From a phage, in sequence record KY304109.1: a stretch of DNA of 335 nucleotides; one strand, written 5' to 3'. The position numbers and the translations under genes were made by a program. Numbering within the stretch: the first letter of the stretch is position 1; each line of letters starts with the position of its first letter. The notes beneath the pieces are model-generated. The model made no database searches, was not told where the DNA came from, and saw nothing but the letters and a program-made list of their open reading frames with translations. Positions 1 through 335 of this stretch are shown here, in pieces.

Positions 1-335
<335 letters not shown>

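Overview
The whole 335-bp window lies inside a single + strand coding sequence, an internal-to-C-terminal fragment of a class A extended-spectrum beta-lactamase of the CTX-M family (group 1, CTX-M-15/-3-like). The reading frame has its first full codon at nt 3 and runs open to nt 335 with no stop; it translates to [111 protein letters not shown], roughly Ambler residues 178-290. The KTG motif, Gly240 and Arg275/Arg276 are present. The supplied ORF track lists only a minus-strand ORF (15..272), which is an antisense artefact. No multi-gene system, mobile element, CRISPR array, RNA gene or intergenic regulatory region is visible, so I do not see a new biological system here. The notable point is that, against blaCTX-M-15 as I recall it, the fragment carries about 12 amino-acid substitutions but only about 3 synonymous changes, and the 3' third is otherwise identical. 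That pattern suggests an engineered, mutagenised or error-laden variant rather than a natural allele. All comparisons are from memory and need a real alignment.
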